Part shown: positions 1 through 10,522 of the stretch, piece after piece
How positions within the stretch are numbered: position 1 is the stretch's first letter
How the letters are laid out: every line of letters begins with the position of its first letter
Source of the DNA: Azolla caroliniana
Lineage: Eukaryota; Plantae; Polypodiophyta
Assembly: GCA_043228905.1 (NCBI GenBank)
Contig: JBHGNT010000011.1
Location: 13,268,001-13,332,000 of the forward strand
Direction: 5' to 3'
DNA: 64,000 bases
Translations under genes and position numbers: made by a program
The notes under the pieces: generated by a model
Told to the model about the DNA's origin: nothing
Databases searched by the model: none
What the model saw: the letters and a program-made list of their open reading frames with translations, nothing else

Positions 1-6
1 TCATAT

Positions 7-264
7 GTGAATGTATATGGGGCACACCAAGTTGGGAAACATGGTGTTACTCGCTCCGGAGAAAGGCCTATTGTATGCACAATGACAGATGATACAAAGC
101 GGCGGATCATACTCGAAAATAGTTGGGTATACCTCAAAGGTACACAATGCTTTGAGAGTGAAGATCGTACTATCTCACAACAAAATGCTCGTCGTAAAGC
201 ATATGAAGAAAGGTTGAAAAACAAGGTTAAGGATGTGCCTAAAGATGGAAATGTAGCCAAATAG
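7..264 (+). CDS. C-terminal part of LINE ORF1 (partial)
   Basis: Open frame ending at TAG 262-264 immediately before the endonuclease. The basic C-terminus resembles LINE ORF1 proteins. Confidence 0.55.
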   Translation: MNVYGAHQVGKHGVTRSGERPIVCTMTDDTKRRIILENSWVYLKGTQCFESEDRTISQQNARRKAYEERLKNKVKDVPKDGNVAK

Positions 265-1087
265 GGACACGTGATCTATGAGACTAACCCACGCCTTTTA
301 CGACTATGCTTTTGAAATTGCAATGGATACCCATGGAATGCGGGATTTGGCATAGAGGAGTTCACCGATGACTCGGATATCACACTTCTTGTTGAAACAT
401 GGGAGCATGATACTCAAAGGATTCAAGGTTTAGGAAACTATAATGTACACTCTTTGATATGGAAGAAAAATCCAAGACAAAGAAGAGGACAAGGAGGGGT
501 GGCATGTTTGATTAAGAAGGAAATAGAGAAATATGTGTCAATCATAAAAAATGATGAAAATAAATGCTACATATGGCTCAAAATAGAAACACCTAATGAT
601 TTGCCCACTTTTGTAGTTGGATGTTACATTCCTCATCAAGATTCTAACTTTTATGCTTGTTTGGATAAAGATCAACCGTTTGCCAACTTAGAAGATGATA
701 TTGCTTATTTCAAATCTAAAGGGGAAGTTATTGTCTTTGGTGACATGAATGCTCATACAAGAAGTTTCCAACTTGATTCACAAGAATCTTTCATGCCACA
801 TATCTCAAGGATGCAAGAGGATATGCAAATGTATAACCACTCTTCTAACGATGAAAAAGATCCGGACCAATTTGGGAAGTTACTCCTACAAATGTGCAAT
901 AGTACCGGATTGCTTATTGCAAACGGTATTTCCTTATGGCCCAACACTAATGGTTTCACATGTAGAAAACACAACGGAAATAGTGTGATTGACTATGTGC
1001 TACTTTCTGAAGGTATTTTGGATCGTATACATAAATTCTCACTTGGTGAATGGACACCGAAATCCAATCATAGGCCTTTATGTATTG
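265..1087 (+). pseudogene. LINE ORF2 APE endonuclease domain (5' half; TGA at 313-315 where Trp is expected)
   Basis: LCF*NCNG, LLVETWE, GGVACLIK, GCYIP, FGDMNA, SVIDYVL, SNHRPL motifs. Confidence 0.88.
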
Positions 1088-1463
1088 TGTTGGCTGGTCA
1101 GAAGAAGGCAAATGGGAAAGCAAAGATGAACCGGAGTCGAAGCGGATAAATAGATAAATAGAATTATTAGGAGGGACGGATCCGGTAGTTATAACCGATC
1201 CGGATCCGAACCGATTCGGTTTCGGTTAATGGTTGCCTAAGAGCACCGATTGTAATCTGGCCGGATGCCTATAAAAGGATCCGATGTTTTGTAATGAAGT
1301 GACGAAGAATTAATATAGTTTTGCTTATGCTTATTGATCTGGTCTTCGTCTGTGCTTAAATGTAATTATCATACGCGTGTATTAACATCCTATCCCTACC
1401 ACCCCTTTGGAGAAGTGTCGGATAGACACCTGTGTTGCGGCTAGTCCAGCCAGACATACAACA
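1088..1463 (+). repeat. 5' LTR of Gypsy element
   Basis: TGTTGG...CAACA, near-identical to 10142-10517 (two C/T differences seen). TATAAAA at ~1270. Confidence 0.97.
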
Positions 1464-1469
1464 CTATTT

Positions 1470-1480
1470 TGGCGACCACG
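1470..1480 (+). promoter_or_regulatory. Primer binding site, probably tRNA-Arg
   Basis: TGGCGACCACG, 6 nt after the LTR, is complementary to a ...GTGGTCG-CCA tRNA 3' end as in tRNA-Arg(UCG) types. Confidence 0.6.
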
Positions 1481-1516
1481 ATTCCTGCAGAGTGCAGAGG
1501 ACAACCGGGGGATGGA

Positions 1517-4500
1517 TGTCTAGACAAAACAACGACCACATCACCGAAAGAGGGAGACGCCACGCCGAACGACAGCGACGACGGGAAGCCCTGCAGCAAG
1601 CCGTCGACGAGATCCGGCGCGATCGGTCATTCTCCAAAACGCTTCGGCAAATCGCAGAAGAAGCACTGCAGTTCCAGGTTCTACAAGCTTCCGACGAAGG
1701 CAGTAGCATAACCAGCCTCCAAGAAGCGGAGACACTACTACAGACTCTCGCCGGCGGCGACGGGGACGCAGCGGCATTTGCAACATTAGAGGCGGATTCG
1801 GATAGCGGGGAAAGCGTGGGATCCCGTTATAAAAGCAGCCACGAGAACAACCCCTTTGAGTCGGATTACTCAGCAACATCGGAGCCAGAGGAAGAAATAA
1901 CTCTGGAGTTCGGTGACCGGCAATCGCCGAGGAGGGAGGAGCGGATACCAACACCACCCGCGGAGGAACCGCAGGAGCGGATACCAACACCACCCGCGGA
2001 GGAACCGCAGGAGCGGATACCAACACCACCTGCGGAAGAACCACAGGAGCGGATACCGACTTCGGAGGAACCAGCGCAGGAGAATCAGTGGGACGACACG
2101 ATGCCGTATCCGTACCCAAAGTATCGGGATGAGCCCGACGCAGAAGCACATGTGTATGCATTCCTGCAAACATGGGAAGCCAACCACGTGTCCCAGAGAC
2201 TGACGGAGCCCGAGGTCGACCGATCCAAAGTCGCCGAATTCGGCATTACATTAGAAGGACCGGCGGCCCGGTGGCACGCAAAGCACTTACCAGGCAGCTT
2301 CGCCACGTTCGAGGCATTGAAAACCCAGTTTTTACGCCTGTTTCATAGACGAGTGGAACAAAGGGAATTGGTCGGACAATTCTACACCACCCGGCAGGGA
2401 GAAAACGAGACGGTCCCACAATTTATCATTCGTTTCCAGACCTTGCACAGTCAGTTAGCAAGAGCACCACCCGAAGAGGAGGCCAAAGCAGTCTTTTTGG
2501 CTGCGTTGAAAGAGCCACTTCGGGCGATGTGTGGAATCCTCGATTTCAGCACCAGCACAATGGACCAAGTCATTGATCGGATCCTGGAAATGGACAAGAC
2601 GAGCTCCTTCTTGCCGATGGGGGCGTTACACCAGGCGCTTCCGAAGGAGGAGGACCTCCGGTTCCGACAAGCCCTACAATGCACAACATGCCTAAATTCG
2701 GGGCACTCGACCGTCGACTGCACCCTGCGTGCACAGTGCATGATATGCAATTCTCGCGCCCACACAACGAACCGATGCGAGTATAACCTGTTAACTCGAC
2801 AAGCGGCACCGGTCCGACACATAGAACCGCGCAATCGGGATCCGGAAGAGGATCGATTCCGGAGGGACGACCGCTACCAACGAGAACGCGGCGACAGATA
2901 CCCCGATAGAAGACGCGACAACTATGACCGAGAGGAGAACCGCAGAGATAGCTACCCCCGGGACCGGTACGACCGAGACGAATCCCCGGAATACGAGCGA
3001 CGCAGAGAAGAAAGGCGGTCCAGGAACCGGAATTTCCGACGGAACCAAAGGCGTGGATTTTTCCGTAGAGAGGAGCGTCGGGAGGCAGCAAGGAATGACA
3101 AACCAGTAGCGGCACCGGAGAACCGAAAAACCGAGGGCAACCGCCGGGGAATGCCCCTTCCCCAAACATGGGAAAAAGGAGAATCCAGCAACACGCACAG
3201 GGTGTACTGTTATTACTGCCGAAAAGAGGGGCATTACAGTAATCAATGCCCAAGCAAAACAACCGACAAGCGGCCGGCAGCCAACATGGTGACAGCCGAA
3301 GTACAGCAGGTTACCACGAGGTCGAAGGGGAAGGCCGCCGAATGGGAAGCCCAGGAAGCAATCAGAAAACAAGCGGCACAATGGATCAAAGAAGCCAACG
3401 AACAAGGTGCGGCGCAAGTAAGAGACCAAAATATGCCAAAGGATGAGGAAATCGTACAGCCAGGAGAAAACCCGACATGGCAAGCACTACAAGATTGTCA
3501 GATCGTGCTGCCGTTGGCACGGTTACTGCAGTTGGTGCCGCGGTTTACAGCAGACTTACAAGCCGCCGTGAGCAAACCGACGCCGACGCCAGCACCGGCA
3601 TTTTTCTCCAACCCGGAGGAAGGCCCAGCGGTGGTCGATACCAGTAGCCCAGCAATCACGACAATCGTCAAAGGAAAGGAGATTCCAAGAACAATTATTG
3701 ACGGAGGCTCCGGGGTGAACGTCATCAGCCGACAAACATGCGACGACCTAGGCATCTAGGAATGGGAACCATGCCCCTTCTGGTTACGCATGGCGGATAC
3801 AAGCTCAGTCCGACCAACCGGTCTTATCCGGGACTTGGAAGTAACGATAGGAGGCCACGTATTCCGGATATCGGCCGTGGTACTAGAGCTGAATGTACAA
3901 GGCGCATATCCCCTACTGTTAGGACGACCATGGCTGCGAACGGCGCATATCAAGCAAAACTGGCAAAAGAATATGATCACGTTCCGACGAGGGAAAACAA
4001 AGGTACGGGTAGCCACGCAACCACGGGTGCTCACTAGCAAGGAGGCAACCCCTTTATATGCCGAAAGCATCAACATGTTGGAGGGCTTACCGGATGAGGA
4101 AGTTGATCGGTACCTCGAGGAACACCCACAGATCGTCCCACTTTTTGAGGTGGATATCACGGCAGCAGTAGAGCCGTACATCACAATGCCGGACGAGCTG
4201 GACAAAGCGGCGATCCGGGAACTACGCCAAGCACAGGAAGCCCTAGAAAGAGAAATGACGATATCCCAAAGGGTGAAAGCATCCCAGCTAGAAGAGGTGG
4301 ACCTCGGCACAACAGAACAACCCCGACCGGTAAAAGTCGCGAAGGAATTGCCGAAGGAGGAAAAACAGGCAATGGTAGCACTATTAACGGATTTCAAGGA
4401 CGTGTTCGCATGGTCATACGAAGACATGCGAGGGCTGGACCCCCAGCTCTACCAGCACCAAATTCATCTAAGTACTGACGCGAAACCCATCGCTCAACGC

Positions 4501-7251
4501 CGGTACCGGATGAATCCAAACTATGCGGCAAAGGTGAAGGAGGAAATTGACAAGCTTCTCCGGGTCGGATTTATCCGACCAGTCAAGCAGGCAACCTAGC
4601 TGAGCCCGATAGTGGTGGTCCCGAAAAAGAACGGCAAAATCCGGGTATGTGTGGACTACAGGAAACTAAATGCCGCGACAGTGACCGACGCTTTTCCACT
4701 ACCATTCACGGACAGAGTGCTAGATGCGGTGGCCGGCCACGAAGTTTACAGCTTCCTGGATGGATTCAGCGGCTACAACCAAATCCGAATGAACCCGGCC
4801 GACCAAGAGAAAACAGCGTTCGTGACGGAATGGGGAGTGTTCGTCGCGGTCGTGATGATGTTCGGATTAAAGACAGCCCCTGCAACATTTCAAAGGATAA
4901 TTATGGAAATCTTCGGGGATTTTATTCCCGGTTTTATGCAGGTCTTCCTAGACGATTTCGCCGTCTACAGCCGACACGGAGAGCATCTCGATCACCTACG
5001 ACTATGCTTAGAAAAGTGCCGCGAGTACCGATTAAGTCTGAACCCGGCTAAGTGCGTCTTTGGAGTCGCAAGCGGCAACTTGTTAGGGCACGTGGTGAGT
5101 CGGGAAGGAATCGCGGTAGATCCGGATAAAGTAAAGGCAATTCTCGACGCACCGGCACCGAATAACGCAAAGGCTCTAAGCCGATTCCTTGGTCAAATAA
5201 GGTGGCATAGTCGGATGATACGGCACCTTGCCGACTTTGCTACACCATTGCACGCTGTTGTACATAGAGTACCTTTCCAATGGACAGAAACGGAGGAGAA
5301 AGCCTACCAAGCGTTGAAGGTCATGCTGTCACAAGCTCCGGTGGTGCAGCCGCCGGACTGGAGTAAAAGCTTTCACGTCTTCGTCGACGCGTCGGACGTA
5401 GCAATCGGCAGCGTTTTGATGCAACTCACGGAACCAAAATGGTATCGGCCGGTGTACTACGCAAGCAGGAAACTCTCGAAAGCCGAACGGAACTACTCTA
5501 CAACGGAACGAGAGGCATTAGGAATGGTGTACAGTGTCACAAAGTACAGGCACTATCTGCTCGGACGAAAGTTCTCCTTCCACGTTGATCACTCGGCACT
5601 ACTCTACCTGGTCTCAAAGGCAGCCCTGACAGGAAAACTCGCACGATGGACGCTGCTATTACAGGAATTCGAATTCGACATTTTCCACCGACCCGGGGTG
5701 CAGCATGCGGTAGCAGACTACCTGAGCAGACTAGAATCCGGAGAATCAGGGGACGGCGTACAGGACGAATTTCCCGACGCCGAGCTGTTTAGGGTCACGA
5801 CGGCACCGGCAACGGAGGCCACAGTAGCGGACGAAGACAAATGGTTAACCGAAATGCATCAGTTCCTGAGCACCGGAGTTCCCCCGGAAAACCTGGACCG
5901 AGACGAACGGAAAAGGATGGCAGTACGGAGCAGACATTTCTGCTTGGTAGGAGACACCCTCTATCACAAGGGGGCAGATGGCGTATGGAGGCGAGCAGTG
6001 CGGAGCGATGAAAAGGATCTGATCCTGAGGGAAGCCCACTGTGGAATTGCAGGCGGGCATTATGCCGGCGAAACAACAGCCCGGAAGATATGGCAGAGCG
6101 GACTATGGTGGCCGACTACCATGAGAGATGCCGTTAAGTATAGCAGGGAATGCGACCTGTGTCAACGACTGGGCCAACCCACAGAGCAGGCCCGGATGCC
6201 ACATCACCCGGTCTTGCCATTAGAACCATTCCAAAAGTGGGGCTTGGACTTTGTCGGTCCCTTCAAGCCACCGGCAATGCGGACCGGAAATCGGTATATA
6301 ATAGTGGCTATCGACTACTGCACGAAATGGGTAGAAGCAAAGGCATTACGGGACAACACGGCGGCGTCCACGGCCAAATTTTTATACGAATGCATATGGT
6401 GTCGGTACAGATGCCCGATTGAGCTGATCAGTGACCAGGGAGGACATTTCCTCGGGCAGGTGGTGGAAAGTTTGACATCATTCTATGCGGTAGTACACAA
6501 ACGAAGCACTCCCTACTACCCTCAAGCCAACGGATTAGCGGAATCAACGAACAAAACGCTACAGAACATCCTTAGAAAAATCGTCAATGAGAACCGGACC
6601 GACTGGGACACGAAGTTGCAGAGCGTGCTGTGGGCGTACCGAACGGCGTACAAGACTAGCATCCGGACGACCCCGTTCCGACTGGCATTCGGCTTGGAAG
6701 CAGTCATGCTAGTAGAATTCCAAATTCCTAGCTTAAGAATACAGGTTAAGGAGCGGTTAAGCGAGAAGGAATCCGAACGAATCCGGCTGGCGATGCTGTT
6801 GGAACTGGAAGAAAATCGAATAGCCAGCCTGCTACAGCTAGAACTAGAGCAAAGGAGGAGGAAAGCCTTCGTAGACCGACACCAGTGGGGTAACGAAAAG
6901 GAATTCGAAGTCGGGAAACCAGTATTGCTGTTCCAGACACGGATGGGGAACATGCCGGGGAAATTGCGATTTCGATGGACCAGACCATTCTGGATCACAA
7001 AGGAGTACAATGGGTCTTACCAGCTCGGGACGTTGTCAGGAGAAGTTGTGGGCAAATGGGCAAATGGGTTTCGCCTAAAACCGTATAAGGGGCACATGCC
7101 AGCTAACCCCTTCAAGCAAGACCCGGACATCCTGAATGGCGAGGAACCGACACAGATCCGGAGGACCGAGGAGCCGACACCGAGGCGGAACAACGAGGAA
7201 CCGACAACAGTACGCACCGACCCGAACACATCGGGGGGAACCGAACAATGA
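1517..7251 (+). pseudogene. Gypsy gag-pol polyprotein in a single frame with two nonsense codons (TAG 3757-3759 in protease, TAG 4597-4599 in RT)
   Basis: Retrotrans-gag-like region, three CCHC knuckles, protease IIDGGSGVN, RT (VCVDYRKLN, LDGFSGYNQI, MMFGLK, FLDDF), RNase H (VDASD, EREAL, DHSAL, ADYLSR), integrase HHCC and D,D,E (WGLDFVGP, SDQG, LAESTN). The three ORFs share one frame. Confidence 0.95.
1939..2079 (+). repeat. 36-bp coding tandem repeat (ERIPTPPAEEPQ x ~3.7) in gag N-terminus
   Basis: Units start at 1939, 1975, 2011 and 2047. Confidence 0.9.
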
Positions 7252-7499
7252 TGCGGCACATGGGTGAAAAAAAAAAAAAAAAAAAAAAAAAAATGTCGTG
7301 GTGCTACGGTTAGAAATTCAAGACAAGAAGAGATAAAAAAAAAAAAAAGAAAAAAAAAAAAAGCAAATCATAATTAAGAATAGCAATAAAAGAGAGGATC
7401 AAGAAAATCAAGGTAATGAGGGAAGTAGTTACAACCGTCACACGGGTGCACGAGCTATTTAAAGCACAGAACGTGGGGGGCCGATGTACAAGATTTAAC

Positions 7500-7765
7500 A
7501 CGCGCGGCAACCAAGGAGTCATAATGACAGACACGTAGGAGATTCGACACACGCGGCAAAGAAGCACAAGCATGACACGCGGCAGCAAAGGACAGACATG
7601 CTATTCATGACAGAGCATGCGCAGGCGCCAAAAATAGGACATGCTATTCGAGGCAGAGGACGTGCAGGCGCCAAAATTAAAGAGTGACATGCTAATTATG
7701 GCAGAAGATACGCACGCGCGAAAAACAGGAAAAGGCGGCTATAGGGAAACGCCACTATATAAAGG
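7500..7765 (+). promoter_or_regulatory. Putative internal promoter: repeat array with four E2F-type sites and a TATA box
   Basis: GCGGCAAA 7553, GCGCCAAA 7625 and 7668, and GCGCGAAA 7716 are all reverse complements of TTTSSCGC. TATATAAA at 7756-7763. Confidence 0.6.
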
Positions 7766-7898
7766 AAGAACCGGAGAAGGGTTCACTTTTTACGAATTTT
7801 CCCACAAGCAAACGCAGGCTCAAGACAGCGAGATCCGACGCGCAGAACACCCACACCCCGACCTCAGACCACAGGCAGCAGCAGAGGAAGAAGAAGCG

Positions 7899-10091
7899 AT
7901 GGCACTGTCGGAAGGAGCGCGACAATGGCTGAAGGAGAACGGATTAGGAGGGCTGCTGCGGGTCGTCGACGCTCCGCCACACAAGGAACCAGAGCAGGCG
8001 GCAACAGTAGTGGACCTGGCAGAAGTCACCGAAGGAGCGGTACAAGCGCTCACCGGGATTGCGGAGGGCGGACTTCAGACAATAGAGCTACCCTCGAGCC
8101 AAATATTCTTCGAGTATTTCGGCGAATATTCCCTCAGCAGCAAGGCGTATCACACACAGGGCGGAGAGAACCTGCTGTTCAGAGAGGTGGCCCGCGCCCT
8201 GATGGAGTATGGGTTCGTGAACCCTCGTCCGGCAGCCATAGCCAAATACCGAGCAGCGATCGTCATCGCGACATTCGAAGGCCTGCAGGTGGACTGGCTC
8301 CACTTCATTACCGAAGGACTGAAAGAGGCGATCAAGCACTTGGTGGAAGGGAAGAAGCCATGGGCCGGAATATCCCAATGGTTAACCGTGTTGGTCCCAC
8401 CGGCGTCCCCCATCAAGCACAAGAAAAGAAGTCGGCAGGAGACTACGCCGAAGCAAACCATGAAGCGCCGACGAATCCTAGAGAAACACACTCCAGGATG
8501 GACACAGGAAGAAGAAGCGCCGCGGGAAGAAGGATCATCTCGACAACCGCGGGAAGAAGACTCCTCCCGACAGCAACGGGAGGAAGGCCCATCACGGCAG
8601 CCAAAGAAACAGCAACAGCAACCGGCCACGAAGAAGAAAAAGGCGGAAAAAGGCAAGGAGAAGCTGGCGAAGAGGACCAGCAAGAGGCAAACCGACACCG
8701 AACCAGTAACGCTCGAATCGGAACCGGTACCAGTAAAGGAACCGATAGTCGCACCGACGGAGGACGCTGAAACAGAGGAAGACTCATCCGAACCGATGTT
8801 AATACTACCACCCAGGCGAGGAAAGGATAAACGGGCAACAAGACCGACCCCAACAGCGGACGGAACTCAGCAACGGGCGAAAGAACCGCCTCCAGTAACT
8901 GGAACAGAAGCGACACAGGATGAAGGTCCGTCTGCACCAAAGACGGCAGTACCGGAACCAACGGCGGCGGAGTTCGAAGAACAAAGAAAGGAACAAGCGC
9001 CGGAGCAAGAGAAGAGGCCGGAGAAACAGCCGGAAAAACAGCCGGAGCTAGGTACACCTGGTCACACCGACGAAGGCAGAACAAAGGCACAATGGCTAAG
9101 GTGGTTGTCAGGGCAGTTGTCGGGAGTGGCAGACCAGATGGAGAAAGAGGAGGAGCAAAGGGAACAAGTGACCAGGACGACGACTAAGGATATGGTCATG
9201 CTCCGGGCACAATTACATGAGCTGCAAGAAGAGCTAGCACAGGCAAAAGAAGGCAGCCGACAAGCACAAGATGGCACCGAGCCGGTCGGGACATCAGAAA
9301 AGCAAGCCGTACCAGAAACGGAGAAGGCCTTGCAAATCGGCCCTGAGACCGAGAAGTTAATAGCAACTTTGAAAGAAGAATTACAAGCTCATGCCAGCAT
9401 AAATGAAAGCACGGAGAAGCTCTGGAGGGAATGGGCACAACAGGCAGCTGAACTGCAGACACTCCGAGCTGATGCAGAAAATCGGAAGAAAACCGGAGAT
9501 GGGTTCTATAAAATGGACGAAGAAAGTATCGTCAACATCCGGGAAGAACTGTCGGAGGATTTCTATGCTCTAGCAGAAGAGCATCTCAAGGAAATCCGAG
9601 GGTTAGTAGAGAGGTTGGATGACGGGCAGCTCGAAACCCAACTAGAATTGGAAGGGTACGAGAAGGACCGACTGCGACAGGAAGCCGAGGGACACACAAC
9701 GCCGATCTCCATCAGTGAGGGCGAGCGACCGGCTGAAGAGGACCCAACCGACAACGCACCCCGACAAGAATTACCCGAGGAAGAACTTCCGGAGCAAGAA
9801 CAGGTTGATGCCGGGGATGATGCAGAGTGGAGACAGGGAAGTACCGAATCCGGGGAGGAAAGGACACAACCAGTGGAAACCGGAGAGAGCGATACCGGGA
9901 ACGGAACGGAGGTAGAGCAGGACAGACCCGGACAGGATACAGAAGAAACACCGGTACCACCGGTACAAGCAGAGGCGGAGCAGCAAGATGCGAAAAGGCA
10001 GCCAATCCAATCGGAAGTCGGAGACGGCACAGGCAAGACAACACTTGAAACCTCTGAGCGGAGTTTGCTGGATATTTTGGAGGAAGACTGA
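7899..10091 (+). CDS. Gypsy accessory ORF3, ~730 aa, unknown function (globular N-terminus, basic NLS-like patches, acidic disordered and coiled-coil regions)
   Basis: Uninterrupted ORF (open from 7641). ATG 7899 is in good context (GCGATGG) downstream of the TATA box. Stops 50 nt before the 3' LTR. Confidence 0.8.
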   Translation: MALSEGARQWLKENGLGGLLRVVDAPPHKEPEQAATVVDLAEVTEGAVQALTGIAEGGLQTIELPSSQIFFEYFGEYSLSSKAYHTQGGENLLFREVARALMEYGFVNPRPAAIAKYRAAIVIATFEGLQVDWLHFITEGLKEAIKHLVEGKKPWAGISQWLTVLVPPASPIKHKKRSRQETTPKQTMKRRRILEKHTPGWTQEEEAPREEGSSRQPREEDSSRQQREEGPSRQPKKQQQQPATKKKKAEKGKEKLAKRTSKRQTDTEPVTLESEPVPVKEPIVAPTEDAETEEDSSEPMLILPPRRGKDKRATRPTPTADGTQQRAKEPPPVTGTEATQDEGPSAPKTAVPEPTAAEFEEQRKEQAPEQEKRPEKQPEKQPELGTPGHTDEGRTKAQWLRWLSGQLSGVADQMEKEEEQREQVTRTTTKDMVMLRAQLHELQEELAQAKEGSRQAQDGTEPVGTSEKQAVPETEKALQIGPETEKLIATLKEELQAHASINESTEKLWREWAQQAAELQTLRADAENRKKTGDGFYKMDEESIVNIREELSEDFYALAEEHLKEIRGLVERLDDGQLETQLELEGYEKDRLRQEAEGHTTPISISEGERPAEEDPTDNAPRQELPEEELPEQEQVDAGDDAEWRQGSTESGEERTQPVETGESDTGNGTEVEQDRPGQDTEETPVPPVQAEAEQQDAKRQPIQSEVGDGTGKTTLETSERSLLDILEED

Positions 10092-10141
10092 AGCCGGCTG
10101 TGGGTTCGAAGTGCAACGCACTTTCCCACGGGCGTGCCATG

Positions 10142-10517
10142 TGTTGGCTGGTCAGAAGAAGGCAAATGGGAAAGCAAAGATGAACCGGAGTTGAAGCGGA
10201 TAAATAGATAAATAGAATTATTAGGAGGGACGGATCCGGTAGTTATAACCGATCCGGATCCGAACCGATTCGGTTTCGGTTAATGGTTGCCTAAGAGCAC
10301 CGATTGTAATCTGGCCGGATGCCTATAAAAGGATCCGATGTTTTGTAATGAAGTGACGAAGAATTAATATAGTTTTGCTTATGCTTATTGATCTGGTCTT
10401 CGTCTGTGCTTAAATGTAATTATCATACGCGTGTATTAACATCCTATCCCTACCACCCCTTTGGAGAAGTGTCGGATAGACACCTGTGTTGCGGCTAGTC
10501 TAGCCAGACATACAACA
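10142..10517 (+). repeat. 3' LTR of Gypsy element
   Basis: Matches 1088-1463 and is followed by TSD TATTG. Confidence 0.97.
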
Positions 10518-10522
10518 TATTG

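Larger units (their letters stand above)
1088..10517 (+). mobile_element. Full-length Ty3/Gypsy LTR retrotransposon (non-chromovirus, Athila/Tat-like pol) with an extra 3' ORF
   Basis: TG...CA LTRs of 376 bp. TSD TATTG at 1083-1087 and 10518-10522. Domain order gag-PR-RT-RH-INT with no chromodomain. Confidence 0.97.

Noticed and set aside
3757-3759. Programmed gag/pol readthrough at TAG
   Set aside because: The stop lies inside the protease domain after the catalytic motif, and a second stop replaces a conserved RT Trp. Both look like point mutations.
7641-10091. ORF3 as a retroviral envelope gene, and a start at 7641
   Set aside because: There is no signal peptide, transmembrane helix or cysteine. 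The 7641-7898 stretch overlaps the repeat/TATA region, so 7899 is the more plausible start.
1464-10177. Many overlapping antisense and alternate-frame ORFs in the Gypsy element
   Set aside because: They are shadows of GC-rich coding sequence with no recognisable motifs.
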